In this document: piece by piece, positions 10,041-20,149 of the stretch
Numbering within the stretch: position 1 is the stretch's first letter
Layout of the letters: each line of letters starts with the position of its first letter
Assembly: GCA_046313635.1 (NCBI GenBank)
Contig: JBKBYA010000004.1
Span: 169,581 to 233,580, forward strand
Origin: Pyrinomonadaceae bacterium
GTDB lineage: Bacteria > Acidobacteriota > Blastocatellia > Pyrinomonadales > Pyrinomonadaceae
DNA length: 64,000 bases
Direction of reading: 5' to 3'
The notes under the pieces: generated by a model
Seen by the model: only the letters and a program-made list of their open reading frames with translations
What the model was told of the DNA's origin: nothing
Database searches by the model: none
Program-made: the position numbers and the translations under genes

Positions 10041-10697
10041 TCACCTGGCGGCGAAGGCGTCGTTGCCGGTGATCTGGCTGAGATGGCGTGTGTCGTTGAG
10101 TGCGATGAGCCTCACGTTGCGGCGGCCGCGGATCTCAAATCGGTTTATGCCGCAGTTTGAGGTGACGATCCACGGAGCGTGCCTCGTATTTCGCCGCACG
10201 GCGCCCAAAAGGTAAAGCGACAAAAAGCAAAGCACGCCGGTGTGCGAGTAGATCGCGACCCGCTCGCCGCGGTGGAGGCGGACGATCTCGTTCAGCTTTG
10301 CGCTGCTGCGGTCGAGCAGCTGGCGGTAGCTCTCGCCGCCGGTGATGACGTGATTCACCTTGCGATTGACGAGAGCGTAAAAGTCCTCGGGATGATTGTT
10401 CTTCGACTCGTCAAAGGTTAGCCCCTCAAGCACGCCGACGTGACGCTCGCGAAAGGCCTCGTCCGTGACGACCGGGATCCCGGTCTTCCGCGACAGCGGC
10501 TCGGCGGTCTCGACCGCGCGCAGGAGGTCGCTGGAGTAGATGGCGTCGACGCCCTCGCGCGCCAGCACTTCGGCGGTGATCTCGGCCTGCTGCCGCCCGA
10601 GCTCGGAGAGCGGCGTCGGCCCATGCCCGCCAAACCGCCCCTCGGCGTTGCCTGCAGACTGGCCGTGTCTGATCAAGAATAATTTCGTTACGGGCAA
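10041..10697 (-). CDS. Histidine phosphatase (phosphoglycerate mutase-like) family protein
   Basis: LIRHGQS, SSDLLRA, GGES, SHTG motifs. Confidence 0.92.
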   Translation of the reverse strand: MPVTKLFLIRHGQSAGNAEGRFGGHGPTPLSELGRQQAEITAEVLAREGVDAIYSSDLLRAVETAEPLSRKTGIPVVTDEAFRERHVGVLEGLTFDESKNNHPEDFYALVNRKVNHVITGGESYRQLLDRSSAKLNEIVRLHRGERVAIYSHTGVLCFLSLYLLGAVRRNTRHAPWIVTSNCGINRFEIRGRRNVRLIALNDTRHLSQITGNDAFAAR

Positions 10698-10699
10698 AC

Positions 10700-11152
10700 C
10701 TAATCCTCCGCCGATACAGACCGCAGCAATTCAATGACAGCCGACTCCAGCGGGACGATCTTGTTTTCGACTATGTCCCAAATCACTTCAAGATCCACTT
10801 TGAACTAATCATCAATTATGATGTCGCGAAAACGGGCGATCTGCTTCCAGGAAATATCGGGCCTGCGACTGAGCGTTTCGGACGGGATCGACTTAATTGC
10901 TTCTCCGATGATCTCTAGATTTCGTACGACTGCGTCTACGGTCCTTCAATCGGTCGAGAATTCCTCAAACGCCATGACGTCTGTGTAATCGCGTACGTTG
11001 CGGCAGCTTTCGACGAGGACGTCGACATCGCTTGCCTTGCCATGCTCGCCGCGGATCACCGATCCAAAGACGCCGATCTCGCGCACGCCGAATTCCTTTA
11101 ACCGCGAACGGTTGGACTCGAGGAGGTCGAAGATGTCGGCACTCGATTTCAT
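10700..11152 (-). pseudogene. Collapsed MNT nucleotidyltransferase / HEPN (DUF86) toxin-antitoxin pseudogene
   Basis: FGSVIRGE...SDVDVLVE runs in frame into DUF86-like DAVVRNLEIIGEA...WKQIARFRD...VIWDIV, with internal TGA and TAG. Confidence 0.85.
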
Positions 11153-11161
11153 ATCCTGCCA

Positions 11162-12238
11162 CTACGCCGTAACCGCTTCAGCCTTTAATTTCTCGGTCTG
11201 GTAGTGCGTCCGCAAAGCGTCGATGAACTGGTCGAGGTCGCCCTCCATGACCTGATCGAGCTGGTAGACCGTGAGGCCGATGCGGTGGTCGGTGACGCGG
11301 TTCTCTTTGAAGTTATAAGTCCGGATCTTTTCCGAACGGTCGCCGGAGCCGACCATCGATTTGCGTTCGGCTGACAGAGCGTCGTGCTGCTTTTGCTCCT
11401 CGATCTCCTGCAGCCGGGCGCGGAGCACGCGCATCGCTTTTTCGCGATTCTTGATCTGCGACTTCTCGTCCTGCATCGAGACTACGACGCCGGTCGGCAG
11501 GTGCGTGATGCGAACGGCTGAGTACGTCGTGTTGACCGACTGGCCGCCGGGGCCAGACGAGCAGAAAGTGTCGATGCGAAGGTCGTTCTGGTTGATCTGC
11601 ACGTCGACCTCCTCGGCCTCGGGCAGCACGGCGACGGTGATCGCCGACGTGTGGATGCGGCCTTGAGTCTCGGTCTGCGGCACGCGCTGTACGCGGTGGA
11701 CTCCCGACTCGTAGCGCAGCTTAGAATAGACGTTGTCGCCCTCGATCATCGCGATCGCTTCCTTGATGCCGCCTACGCCCGTGTCTGATGCGTCCATTAT
11801 CTCCATCTTCCAGCCCTGTCGCTCGGCGTAGCGGGCGTACATTCGCAGGACTTCCGCCGCGAAGAGCGTTGCCTCATCGCCGCCGGTGCCGGCTCGAATC
11901 TCGAGGATGACGTTCTTTTCGTCGTTGGGGTCTTTAGGCAGCAGCAGCACCTTGAGCTCCTCTTCGGCGATCGGAAGCCTCGCCTCGATGTCGAGGATCT
12001 CGTCCTCGGCCATCTGGCGCATATCGTCGTCGTCGGCAAGGTCGGCCATCTCGCGCGCCCCGGCGAGGTCGGCGCGCATCTTTTTGACCTCGCGATATTT
12101 TTCGACGATCTCACCGAGCGAGCGGTGCTGCTTCATCAGCTTTGCGTACTGCTTCATATCCGACACGATCTCGGGCGACGAGATCTGTGCGGTGAGCTCT
12201 TCGTAATTCTTTTCGATCTGTTCCAGTTTTTCGAACAT
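11162..12238 (-). CDS. prfA: Peptide chain release factor 1
   Basis: GGQ motif, PQT (PxT) anticodon-mimic motif, [11 protein letters not shown]. Confidence 0.98.
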   Translation of the reverse strand: MFEKLEQIEKNYEELTAQISSPEIVSDMKQYAKLMKQHRSLGEIVEKYREVKKMRADLAGAREMADLADDDDMRQMAEDEILDIEARLPIAEEELKVLLLPKDPNDEKNVILEIRAGTGGDEATLFAAEVLRMYARYAERQGWKMEIMDASDTGVGGIKEAIAMIEGDNVYSKLRYESGVHRVQRVPQTETQGRIHTSAITVAVLPEAEEVDVQINQNDLRIDTFCSSGPGGQSVNTTYSAVRITHLPTGVVVSMQDEKSQIKNREKAMRVLRARLQEIEEQKQHDALSAERKSMVGSGDRSEKIRTYNFKENRVTDHRIGLTVYQLDQVMEGDLDQFIDALRTHYQTEKLKAEAVTA

Positions 12239-12245
12239 GTGTTTT

Positions 12246-12294
12246 AGTTGTCAGTGGCCGGTGGTCAGGTGGTGACTGCACACTGACTGCCGAC
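12246..12294. repeat. Degenerate inverted heptamer array (AGTGGTC-type)
   Basis: agttgtc agtggcc ggtggtc ... actgcac actgactgcc; overlaps the stop of the DUF1385 gene. Confidence 0.5.
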
Positions 12295-13443
12295 GGTTTC
12301 TGCCGGCTCGAGCTTGAGCGATTCTTCTAATGCGACGATCGCAACTTCCAACTGCTCGGCGTCGGGCTCCTGTGTTGTGATGTTCTGCAGCCAGAGGCCG
12401 GGCAGGGTCATCAGCTTAAAGATCGCGCCGGATTCTTTCTTCGCGGCATAGCGGATGACCTCGTAAGAGATGCCCGCGACGAGCGGCATCAGAGCGATGC
12501 GAACGACGAGATTCAGCCAGAACGCCTCAAATTTGATCACCGAAAACAGCACGATCGCCACGAGCATCACGACCATCAGGAACGACGTCCCGCACCGCGG
12601 ATGCTGCCGACGCTGACCGGCGGCGTTAGAGGGCGTGAGCGCAAGGCCCTTTTCCCAGGTAAAGACCGTCTTGTGCTCAGCGCCGTGATATTCAAAGACG
12701 CGGCGGATGTCCTTGAGGTATGACATCGAGACGATCATTACGACAAAAAAGAACATCCTGATCAGCCCGTCGATCAGATTGAAGGCGACCCACGAATGCG
12801 GCTTCGTCTCCCAGACGTAGCTCTTGATCGTCGCCGGCCAGCCTGCGTCCGATGCCAACGCCGGAGCGTCGGCCCAGCCAAAATAGATGAAGAGCAGATT
12901 GGTCAACACGAGCGGCGCGACGATAAAAAGCAGCACGTTAAAGAGCAGAGCGAAAACGATCGAGCCCGCGGCCGCCGCTACCGATGCCGCCGAACGCTTT
13001 TCCTCTGACCTGTTGGGCATGACGACGGTCGCGCGGGCCTTGGTAAACGCCTCGTCGGTCGTGCCCTCGACAAGCGCGCGTCGATCGGCGAGCGACGGTT
13101 CGCCGACAAGCTGCTCCTGCGCTTTTTGGTCCTCTTCAAAGACGCGGGCAGAGAAGTTGAGAGCCTTGATGCCGAGGGCCATCGACTGAATGAGCGTCGC
13201 ACCGCCGCGAAGCACGGGCCAGCCGAGCCATTTGTACTTGTCGCTGAGACGCGGCAGAGCTTCGGCGGTGTGAACGATCGTTCCATCCGATCTTTTTCGG
13301 CACGCGATCGCGTAGGCCGAGGGCGTGCGCATCATTACGCCCTCCATCACGGCCTGACCGCCCACGATCAGGTCGCGCTCGAGGGCGAAGAGCAGATGAA
13401 GGAACCTCGTTAATTTTCGCGTCGATAGATATCGCATGATCAT
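12265..13443 (-). CDS. DUF1385 membrane protein
   Basis: [29 protein letters not shown], GLWLQxITTxEP. Confidence 0.92.
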   Translation of the reverse strand: MIMRYLSTRKLTRFLHLLFALERDLIVGGQAVMEGVMMRTPSAYAIACRKRSDGTIVHTAEALPRLSDKYKWLGWPVLRGGATLIQSMALGIKALNFSARVFEEDQKAQEQLVGEPSLADRRALVEGTTDEAFTKARATVVMPNRSEEKRSAASVAAAAGSIVFALLFNVLLFIVAPLVLTNLLFIYFGWADAPALASDAGWPATIKSYVWETKPHSWVAFNLIDGLIRMFFFVVMIVSMSYLKDIRRVFEYHGAEHKTVFTWEKGLALTPSNAAGQRRQHPRCGTSFLMVVMLVAIVLFSVIKFEAFWLNLVVRIALMPLVAGISYEVIRYAAKKESGAIFKLMTLPGLWLQNITTQEPDAEQLEVAIVALEESLKLEPAETVGSQCAVTT

Positions 13444-14000
13444 CAGCCTGCCGCGCCAATTGAATCGTCGTTTCTGCGGCCGCCCTTCTTTTCCTTTGCG
13501 TCGTCTTCGGTCAAAAAACTAAAGCGCCCGTTGCTCTCGAGATAACACTCTCTTACCTTTTTACGATCCTCGATCCCCTGCAGGCGGAGCTGGCTCTCCA
13601 ACTCATCTTCGGTGATCATTTCGCGTCGCAGGTTGCGTCCGATGACGCGGCCGTTCTTGATCAGCAGAAGCGGCTTGGGCGAAATGAGCCTTTCGAAGAG
13701 CGGTGACCGATAACCCATCCAATCGAATGCCCAGTCCCATACGACGATCGTCGAGATCAGCAGCAGAGCCTCGGTGATCGACCTCGAATCGCCGGCCATC
13801 CCGTTCTGCGCCGCGTCGGCTATGACGACGACGACGAGCAGGTCGGCGATGCCGACGGTGCCCGCCTGCCGCCGGAAGATCCGGAGCAGAACGAACATCC
13901 CCATATACATGATCGTACCGCGGAGCAGTATCTCGAGCACCGACTCGGTCGGTACGAACATCGACTGCCAATCGATCTTGAATAACAGGTCCACGGTCAA
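13443..14000 (-). CDS. DUF421 (YetF-like) membrane protein
   Basis: Three TM segments followed by PLLLIKNG...LRLQGI...LESNGRFS. Confidence 0.88.
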   Translation of the reverse strand: MTVDLLFKIDWQSMFVPTESVLEILLRGTIMYMGMFVLLRIFRRQAGTVGIADLLVVVVIADAAQNGMAGDSRSITEALLLISTIVVWDWAFDWMGYRSPLFERLISPKPLLLIKNGRVIGRNLRREMITEDELESQLRLQGIEDRKKVRECYLESNGRFSFLTEDDAKEKKGGRRNDDSIGAAG

Positions 14001-14172
14001 AAAACTTAACGCCGAGCTTTTTGACCTGTCTCGGGTGCGGCCGCCTGCGGCTATACACCTTTATCGAGCGGCGCCAAAAAGCGTCGGCGTTGGATTTTAA
14101 GAAGCTAGTGCTGGTACGAGACCGCTTTCACTAAATTCGAGGCGCGGCCCCAAAGCGGGCCGTCGCGTCAGA

Positions 14173-14388
14173 TCACTTTTGCTGTCCGGCCCTCGCGTAG
14201 CGCTTGTTAAAGCGATCGACGCGGCCAGCCGTATCGACGAGCTTCTGTTTGCCCGTGAAGAACGGATGGCAGTCGGAGCAGATCTCGACGTGGAGATCTT
14301 CTTTCATCGTAGAGCGCGTCTTGAACGAATTGCCGCAGGCACAGACGACGCTGATCTCCTGATAATTCGGATGAATACCTTCTTTCAT
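14173..14388 (-). CDS. rpmE: 50S ribosomal protein L31 (Zn-binding type)
   Basis: [29 protein letters not shown]. Confidence 0.97.
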   Translation of the reverse strand: MKEGIHPNYQEISVVCACGNSFKTRSTMKEDLHVEICSDCHPFFTGKQKLVDTAGRVDRFNKRYARAGQQK

Positions 14389-14529
14389 TGCTATAGTCCT
14401 CAATTCCTGACCAAGGTCAAACCGAAATGATACGCGTCCGGTCCGTGTCTGGTCAAGGAGTTGTACGATGCGGGCCCGCGGACCGGCGTTTGCGGCCGCT
14501 GCGGGCAAACCTCTCCGGGCTAGGCGCTT

Positions 14530-15723
14530 TCAGGCGGACGCTCGGGCATTCAGCGGCCGGAGCAGGTCGACCAGGCGCTGGTGCTCGACGCCGTAAAAAC
14601 GCATAAGCTCGTCGATCTCGGCATCGAGCTTAGCTGCCGCCGAGGTTCTCGCGCGGCCGCGCGTGCCGATGATCATCAGGTTCTTGGGCGTGTGCTCGGT
14701 CGCCACAAAATCGATCAGCGTCGTCGAATAGCCGCTCCGCTCGAGCATCAACGTCCGGAGCGAATCGGTGACGAATTCGGTCGTTCGCTCGAGCATCACG
14801 CCGTGCTTCAAAACGTCTGCGAGCATCGCCGGCGGTTTGATCCGGCCGCGGAGCTCATGCTGGCAGCACGGCGCGACGATCACAATGCCCGCACCGGCGG
14901 CGATCCCCTTAAAGATCGCGTCGTCGGTCGCGGTGTCGCAGGCGTGCAGGGCGACGAGAATGTCGATGCCCGCTGCGTCAAAGCTGTCGATCGTCCCGTC
15001 GATGAAATGCAGGCCGTCGAGCCCGCCGGCCGCCGCGATCTCGTTTGAGGCGAGCACGAGATCGTGTCGCATCTCGACGCCGGTCATTTCGACCTTGATA
15101 CCTCGGACCGACGTCAGATAGTCGTATGCCGCAAAGGTGAGATATCCCTTACCGGCTCCCATATCGGCGACCGCGAGCCTGTCACGGCCGGCAAGATCCG
15201 ACCTGTCGATCTGTCTCGAAAGTATCTCGACAAAACGATTTATCTGCCGCCATTTGTCCTGCTGGCGGTCGCGGACCTGGCCGGCGTCGTTGGTGACGCC
15301 GAGCGCCTTAAGGTAATAGGCGTTCGGGTCGATGAGACGCTTTTTTTCGCGGTCGTGCCTGAGCGAAGGCGGCGACTTGAAGCTCGGCTTCCCGACGTTC
15401 AATCGCGAACGGCCGTTCTTGCCGACCTCAAGCTGATGGTCGTTCTCGGTCGTGAAAAGATGGGCGCTCTTAAAGCCCGAGGCGAGCAGGTCGGCGATCA
15501 TCGCGGGCCCCTCTGCAAACTCGTGGTTCTTTGCGGTGTCGCGGGTCCTGCCGCGATATAGGAAAAAGAGCCTGACGCCGCGCTTGGTCTCGATCAGCCG
15601 GACCTGTAGTTTTTGCAGGTCGCTGTCGCCGCCCTTATAATTGCCTAAAGTCAGCTTTACAAAGGTTCGCTTTTCAAGGCTCCGTTTGAATTCGGCGATG
15701 AATTTGTCGATGTTTTCAGACAT
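14530..15723 (-). CDS. SAM-dependent methyltransferase (Methyltransf_32-like)
   Basis: DMGAGKGYLTF, ALHACDTATD, APCC, HTPKN. Confidence 0.9.
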   Translation of the reverse strand: MSENIDKFIAEFKRSLEKRTFVKLTLGNYKGGDSDLQKLQVRLIETKRGVRLFFLYRGRTRDTAKNHEFAEGPAMIADLLASGFKSAHLFTTENDHQLEVGKNGRSRLNVGKPSFKSPPSLRHDREKKRLIDPNAYYLKALGVTNDAGQVRDRQQDKWRQINRFVEILSRQIDRSDLAGRDRLAVADMGAGKGYLTFAAYDYLTSVRGIKVEMTGVEMRHDLVLASNEIAAAGGLDGLHFIDGTIDSFDAAGIDILVALHACDTATDDAIFKGIAAGAGIVIVAPCCQHELRGRIKPPAMLADVLKHGVMLERTTEFVTDSLRTLMLERSGYSTTLIDFVATEHTPKNLMIIGTRGRARTSAAAKLDAEIDELMRFYGVEHQRLVDLLRPLNARASA

Positions 15724-15794
15724 TGGGCAAGGCCGGACCGCCTGGACAAGAGTATCGCCTAAACTTACGGACGCGGCCAAACGGCGTTTCTGAT

Positions 15795-16265
15795 ATGGAT
15801 GACAAGTACTTTATCGAAGCGGTCGCCTATCTCTTGCGGGAGACCTTTGAAGGCTCGCCCGAGGGGCAGCCGAGCGCGTATCTCGATCGCGGCGTCGGAC
15901 TCTTTGACACGCTCGACTCGCTTACTGCCGAGCAGGTCTCGCGACCGGTGGCGGGCACGACGATCGCCGCTCAGACCGAGCATGCGAAATTCTATATTGA
16001 TCGCCTTTGCGAGTTCATATCGGGTCGCACCGAGCGTGTCAACTGGGAAGACAGCTGGCTGATCGAGACCGTGACCGACGATGAATGGGACGCCCTGCGA
16101 GCGACGGTCCGCAAGGCATACGAAAATGCTCTGAAGTGTCTCGCGGCGACGCCGGAATGGGACCTCACGCGGTCGGGAATGGCGATCGGTCTGGTGGCGC
16201 ACACGGCATATCATCTCGGCTCTGTCCGCCAGCTCGCAAAGCTGGTCAAGCAACAAAATGACTAA
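15795..16265 (+). CDS. DinB-like family protein
   Basis: TIAAQTEH and [12 protein letters not shown] motifs. Confidence 0.8.
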   Translation: MDDKYFIEAVAYLLRETFEGSPEGQPSAYLDRGVGLFDTLDSLTAEQVSRPVAGTTIAAQTEHAKFYIDRLCEFISGRTERVNWEDSWLIETVTDDEWDALRATVRKAYENALKCLAATPEWDLTRSGMAIGLVAHTAYHLGSVRQLAKLVKQQND

Positions 16266-16674
16266 CCTTTTTCATCTCGCCTTTCCGGTCCACGACCTCG
16301 ACGCCGCACGCGAGTTTTACGGCGGCGTCCTCGGCTGCGAAGAGGGCCGCTCCTCCGACCGCTGGATCGACTTTAGTCTTTTTGGTCACCAGATCGTCGC
16401 TCATCTCGCGCCGGGGGCGGCGGGCAGCCGAGCCTCAAATCACGTAGATGCCGACGACGTCCCGGTGCCTCACTTCGGCATCGTGCTGCCGATGGACGAA
16501 TGGCGGCAGCTCGCCGATCGATTGCATGCTCGCGGGATCGAGTTCGTGATCGAGCCAAAGATCCGATTCGAAGGCCAAACCGGCGAGCAGGCGACAATGT
16601 TCTTTCTCGATCCGAGCGGCAACGCGCTCGAGTTCAAGGGATTCAACGACCTTTCGCAGGTCTTCGCCAAATGA
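16258..16674 (+). CDS. VOC/glyoxalase family protein
   Basis: [24 protein letters not shown]. Confidence 0.92.
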   Translation: MTNLFHLAFPVHDLDAAREFYGGVLGCEEGRSSDRWIDFSLFGHQIVAHLAPGAAGSRASNHVDADDVPVPHFGIVLPMDEWRQLADRLHARGIEFVIEPKIRFEGQTGEQATMFFLDPSGNALEFKGFNDLSQVFAK

Positions 16675-16756
16675 GGCCGAGTGCGGAGGGCCGCGTGGAA
16701 GCCTGCCGGCGAGAGGCTTTTGGCCGCGCTTCTCTCAGGCGTCCGGCTTGTGACCG

Positions 16757-17908
16757 ATGAGATCGGCTGACGTTGTCATAGTGGGCGGCGGCGTCGTCGG
16801 CGCGAGCGTCGCATATCACCTTACAGAGCGTGGCGTGAGAGACGTGCTGATCCTCGAGCGCGAGGCCGGGCAGGGAAGCGGCTCGACCGGCAAGGCGACG
16901 GGCGGCGTCCGCGCGCAGTTCGAGACCGACATCAATATCAGGCTGTCGCTCTACTCGATAGACTTTTTTCGCGAATGGGACCATGACTGCGGCTACGAGC
17001 CGCGCGGATATCTCTTTTTCGCGACGACCGACGAGCAGTTTGCCTACATCGAGCGCAACGTCCGCCGCCTGCGCGAACTCGGCGTCCGGGGAGTCGAGAC
17101 GATCGACCGCGACGCGGTCCACGAGATCGTGCCGGGGATGATCGTTGACGACATCGTCGGCGGCAGCTTCGGCGCGTCGGACGGCTTCATCGATCCGCTT
17201 GCCGTGATGCGCGGCTTCACCGACGGAGCGCTTGCGCGGGGAGCTTCGATCCGGTTCGACAGCGAGGTGCGTTCGATCAACGTCGCCGCCGGGCGTGTGC
17301 GTTCGGTCTCGACGGCAGAGGGCGAGATCGAATGCGGCGCGGCCGTGGTCTGCGCCGGCGCGTGGGCCCGGCCGCTGGCGGCGACGGCCGGGATCGATCT
17401 GCCGGTCGAGCCGATGCGGCGACAGATCGTCTGGGCCCGCTCGTCGACGCCGCTGCCGCCAAAACTGCCGATGGTGATCGATCTCGGTTCGGGCTTTCAC
17501 TTTCGCCCGGCGAAAGACTCCGATCGAGAGGCGCTCTTCGCTTATCCCGATCCCGACGAGCGTGCGTCGACCGACACCGAATTCGACGAGAGCTTCATCG
17601 CAAAGGTTTACAAACGTGCGCGGCTGCGGGCCCCGTTCCTCGCCGAGACCGAGGTGGTACGCGAACGCTGTCGGGCCGGGCTCTATGAAAATTCGCCCGA
17701 CCATCACGCGATACTCGGCGGCTGCGAGGTCGCGGGCCTTTATTTTGCGGATGGTTTCAGCGGCCACGGCGTGATGCACTCGCCGGCGACAGGGCGGGCG
17801 TTGAGCGAGATCATTGTAGACGGCCGGTCGTCGTTTCTCGATGTGTCTTGCCTCGGCATCGACAGATTTGCACGGGGCGAGCTGCTGCACGAGACAGCGT
17901 TCATTTGA
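16757..17908 (+). CDS. FAD-dependent oxidoreductase (DAO / sarcosine oxidase beta-like)
   Basis: VIVGGGVVG, GSTGKATG, AGAW, GFSGHG. Confidence 0.92.
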   Translation: MRSADVVIVGGGVVGASVAYHLTERGVRDVLILEREAGQGSGSTGKATGGVRAQFETDINIRLSLYSIDFFREWDHDCGYEPRGYLFFATTDEQFAYIERNVRRLRELGVRGVETIDRDAVHEIVPGMIVDDIVGGSFGASDGFIDPLAVMRGFTDGALARGASIRFDSEVRSINVAAGRVRSVSTAEGEIECGAAVVCAGAWARPLAATAGIDLPVEPMRRQIVWARSSTPLPPKLPMVIDLGSGFHFRPAKDSDREALFAYPDPDERASTDTEFDESFIAKVYKRARLRAPFLAETEVVRERCRAGLYENSPDHHAILGGCEVAGLYFADGFSGHGVMHSPATGRALSEIIVDGRSSFLDVSCLGIDRFARGELLHETAFI

Positions 17909-17943
17909 GTCAGAACCACCCGCTAACGCAGGCGGCTCTGACT
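17908..17943. repeat. REP-like hairpin, family A
   Basis: agtcagaaccacccgc-taac-gcaggcggctctgact, abutting the stop codon. Confidence 0.85.
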
Positions 17944-17959
17944 TGGGTAAGATTGGTGT

Positions 17960-18904
17960 ATGGCGACCGCGATAATTCATCATCCCATTTACGAAAAGCA
18001 CGACACCGGTCCCGGCCATCCCGAGACGCCGCGGCGCTACCGCGCCGTTATGGATGCGCTGAAGGCCGATGAGCGGCTGTGGGGCTCGATGGTCGAGATC
18101 GAACCGGAGCCGGCGTCGAAGGGCAGCATTCAGGCCGCGCACACGCCGCAGCACTTCAAGCGTGTCGAGTCGGCGATCGAGAGCGGCGCGATGCAGCTTG
18201 ACGCGGACACGACCGTGTCGCTGAAGTCGTTTGACGCGGCGCTGCACGCGGCCGGCGGCGTCTGCCGGGCCGTCGATGCCGTGATGCAAGGCGAGGCAAA
18301 GAACGCGTTTGTCGCCGCCCGCCCGCCGGGCCATCACGCGACCGCCGAGCGGACGATGGGATTCTGCATATTCAACAACGTCGCCGTCGCCGCACGCTAC
18401 GCGCAGAATCGCTACCGAGAGATCGAGCGCGTCGCGATCATCGACTGGGACGTTCATCACGGCAACGGCACGCAGGGCATCTTTTACGACGACCCGAGCG
18501 TATTCTTTTTTTCGATGCACCAGTACCCTTGGTACCCGGGCACGGGCAGCCGCGGCGAGACGGGCCACGGCCGCGGCCTCGGTCACACGCTGAACGTGCC
18601 CGTAAAAGCAAACACGCCGGCCGTCCAGCAGCGTCGTGCATTCGAAGCGGCGATCGAGGAGATAGCTGCAAAGGTGCAGCCCGATCTGATCATCATCTCG
18701 GCCGGCTTTGACGCTCACGACGGCGACCCGCTCGGGCAGCTCCGGCTCTCGGACGACGACTTTGCGGCGATGACGACGGTGGTCAAGCAGTGGGCGAACG
18801 AGGTCTGCGCAGGCCGCGTCGTCTCGGCGCTCGAGGGCGGATACAACCTCGAAACGCTCGGCGAGACTGTCCGCCGACACGTCGCCGAATTGGCTCGTCA
18901 GTAG
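17960..18904 (+). CDS. Histone deacetylase family protein
   Basis: HPE, RPPGHHA, GFCIFNN, DWDVHHGNGTQ, SAGFD, LEGGY. Confidence 0.96.
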   Translation: MATAIIHHPIYEKHDTGPGHPETPRRYRAVMDALKADERLWGSMVEIEPEPASKGSIQAAHTPQHFKRVESAIESGAMQLDADTTVSLKSFDAALHAAGGVCRAVDAVMQGEAKNAFVAARPPGHHATAERTMGFCIFNNVAVAARYAQNRYREIERVAIIDWDVHHGNGTQGIFYDDPSVFFFSMHQYPWYPGTGSRGETGHGRGLGHTLNVPVKANTPAVQQRRAFEAAIEEIAAKVQPDLIIISAGFDAHDGDPLGQLRLSDDDFAAMTTVVKQWANEVCAGRVVSALEGGYNLETLGETVRRHVAELARQ

Positions 18905-18982
18905 CTTTGCGGCGGCGGTCGCGCAGTGTGCTACACTCTATCGCAAACCCGCATTTCGACCAGTCCCAAAGGAGGTAGTTCA

Positions 18983-19267
18983 ATGCCGGACATTGAGATC
19001 CCGTGCGTTCAGTGCAAAGAGATCTTTCTCTTTACCGAAAAGGAGCAGGAGGTTTTTTACCAGCGCAATATGGTCGCTCCTCAGCGCTGCCCAAAGTGCC
19101 GCACAAAAAAGGCGGCCGCCGCCGTCGAGGGGACCGCTCCGCGTTTCGATATCGTCTGCGACCACTGCGGCCGGCACGATCAGGTGCCCTTTCAGCCCAA
19201 GCTTGGCCGGGCCATCCTCTGCCGAGAGTGCCACGGCGCGAGCAAGTCGCGGGCGCGCATCTCTTGA
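18983..19267 (+). CDS. Zinc-ribbon / CxxC-x17-CxxC domain protein
   Basis: Four CxxC pairs, FTEKEQ and VPFQP motifs, RBS aaggaggt. Confidence 0.85.
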   Translation: MPDIEIPCVQCKEIFLFTEKEQEVFYQRNMVAPQRCPKCRTKKAAAAVEGTAPRFDIVCDHCGRHDQVPFQPKLGRAILCRECHGASKSRARIS

Positions 19268-19354
19268 CCGTCCGTGAAGGTCAGCCGACTCTTTATAACA
19301 GCTACCGACCTCTGAATGCCGCGCTGCGAGACGATCGTGCGGCTTTTTTCGTTT

Positions 19355-20149
19355 ATGAGAACTGAGAACGTCAAATACAACTGCGAGAATTCGGTCGCCG
19401 TGATCACGCTCGACCGGCCCGAGGCCCTCAACGCGCTTTCACAAGGATTGACCGAAGATCTGCGGTCGGCGATACGGACTGCGATCGACGAGCAGGCCCG
19501 CGCGATCGTGCTGACCGGGTCGGGCCGCGCGTTCTGCTCGGGCGGCGACCTGCGCGAGATGAAGACGCTCGCCGAGCATGAGGGAAGGATCGAGGCGTTT
19601 CTCGAGGCGCCGCTCGGAGCGCTTCACGACCTCGTAAGGCTTATCCGCGAGACGCCGATCCCTTTCATCGCGGCCGTCAACGGCGTGTGCGCCGGCGCCG
19701 GCACAAATATCGCGCTCGCCTGCGACATCGTCGTCGCTGCAGACGACGCGAGCTTTAATGAGGCCTTTGTAAAGATCGGTCTCTCGCCGGACTGCGGCGG
19801 CACCTACTTTTTGCCGCGGGCGATCGGCGAAAAGCTGGCGGCCGAAATGCTGATGACCGGCGAGACCGTGACGGCAGAGCGTGCGGCGCGTTTCGGCATG
19901 ATAAATCGCGTCGTGCCGGCCGCCGACCTGATGGTCGACGCTCTCGCGCTCGCCGAGCGGCTCGCGGCCGGCCCGACCGGATCGATCGGACGGATCAAGC
20001 GGATGCTGAACGCGTCGTACTCAAATACGCTCGAGCAGCAGCTCGCTCTCGAGCACGAATGCCAGATCGAGTCGGGCCGCTCGGCGGATTTCAAAGAGGG
20101 CGTCTCTGCATTCTTTGAGAAACGCCCTCCGCGATTTGAGGGAAGTTAG
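19355..20149 (+). CDS. Enoyl-CoA hydratase/isomerase (PaaG-like)
   Basis: LDRPEALNAL, AFCSGGDL, GLSPDCG, EGVSAFFEKR. Confidence 0.93.
   Translation: MRTENVKYNCENSVAVITLDRPEALNALSQGLTEDLRSAIRTAIDEQARAIVLTGSGRAFCSGGDLREMKTLAEHEGRIEAFLEAPLGALHDLVRLIRETPIPFIAAVNGVCAGAGTNIALACDIVVAADDASFNEAFVKIGLSPDCGGTYFLPRAIGEKLAAEMLMTGETVTAERAARFGMINRVVPAADLMVDALALAERLAAGPTGSIGRIKRMLNASYSNTLEQQLALEHECQIESGRSADFKEGVSAFFEKRPPRFEGS

Noticed and set aside
10800..10950. In-frame TGA and TAG in the HEPN region as Sec/Pyl recoding
   Set aside because: Two different stops, a lost catalytic His and an internal deletion fit pseudogenisation; other genes use TGA and TAG as normal stops.
11162..12238. Programmed frameshift as in prfB
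   Set aside because: Continuous ORF with a PxT motif, so this is RF1.
16643..18880. 745-aa minus-strand ORF and other long antisense ORFs (346-1299, 8719-9930, 25536-26981, 31964-33130, 59172-60563)
   Set aside because: Shadow frames of well-supported genes on the opposite strand in GC-rich DNA; no recognisable motifs.
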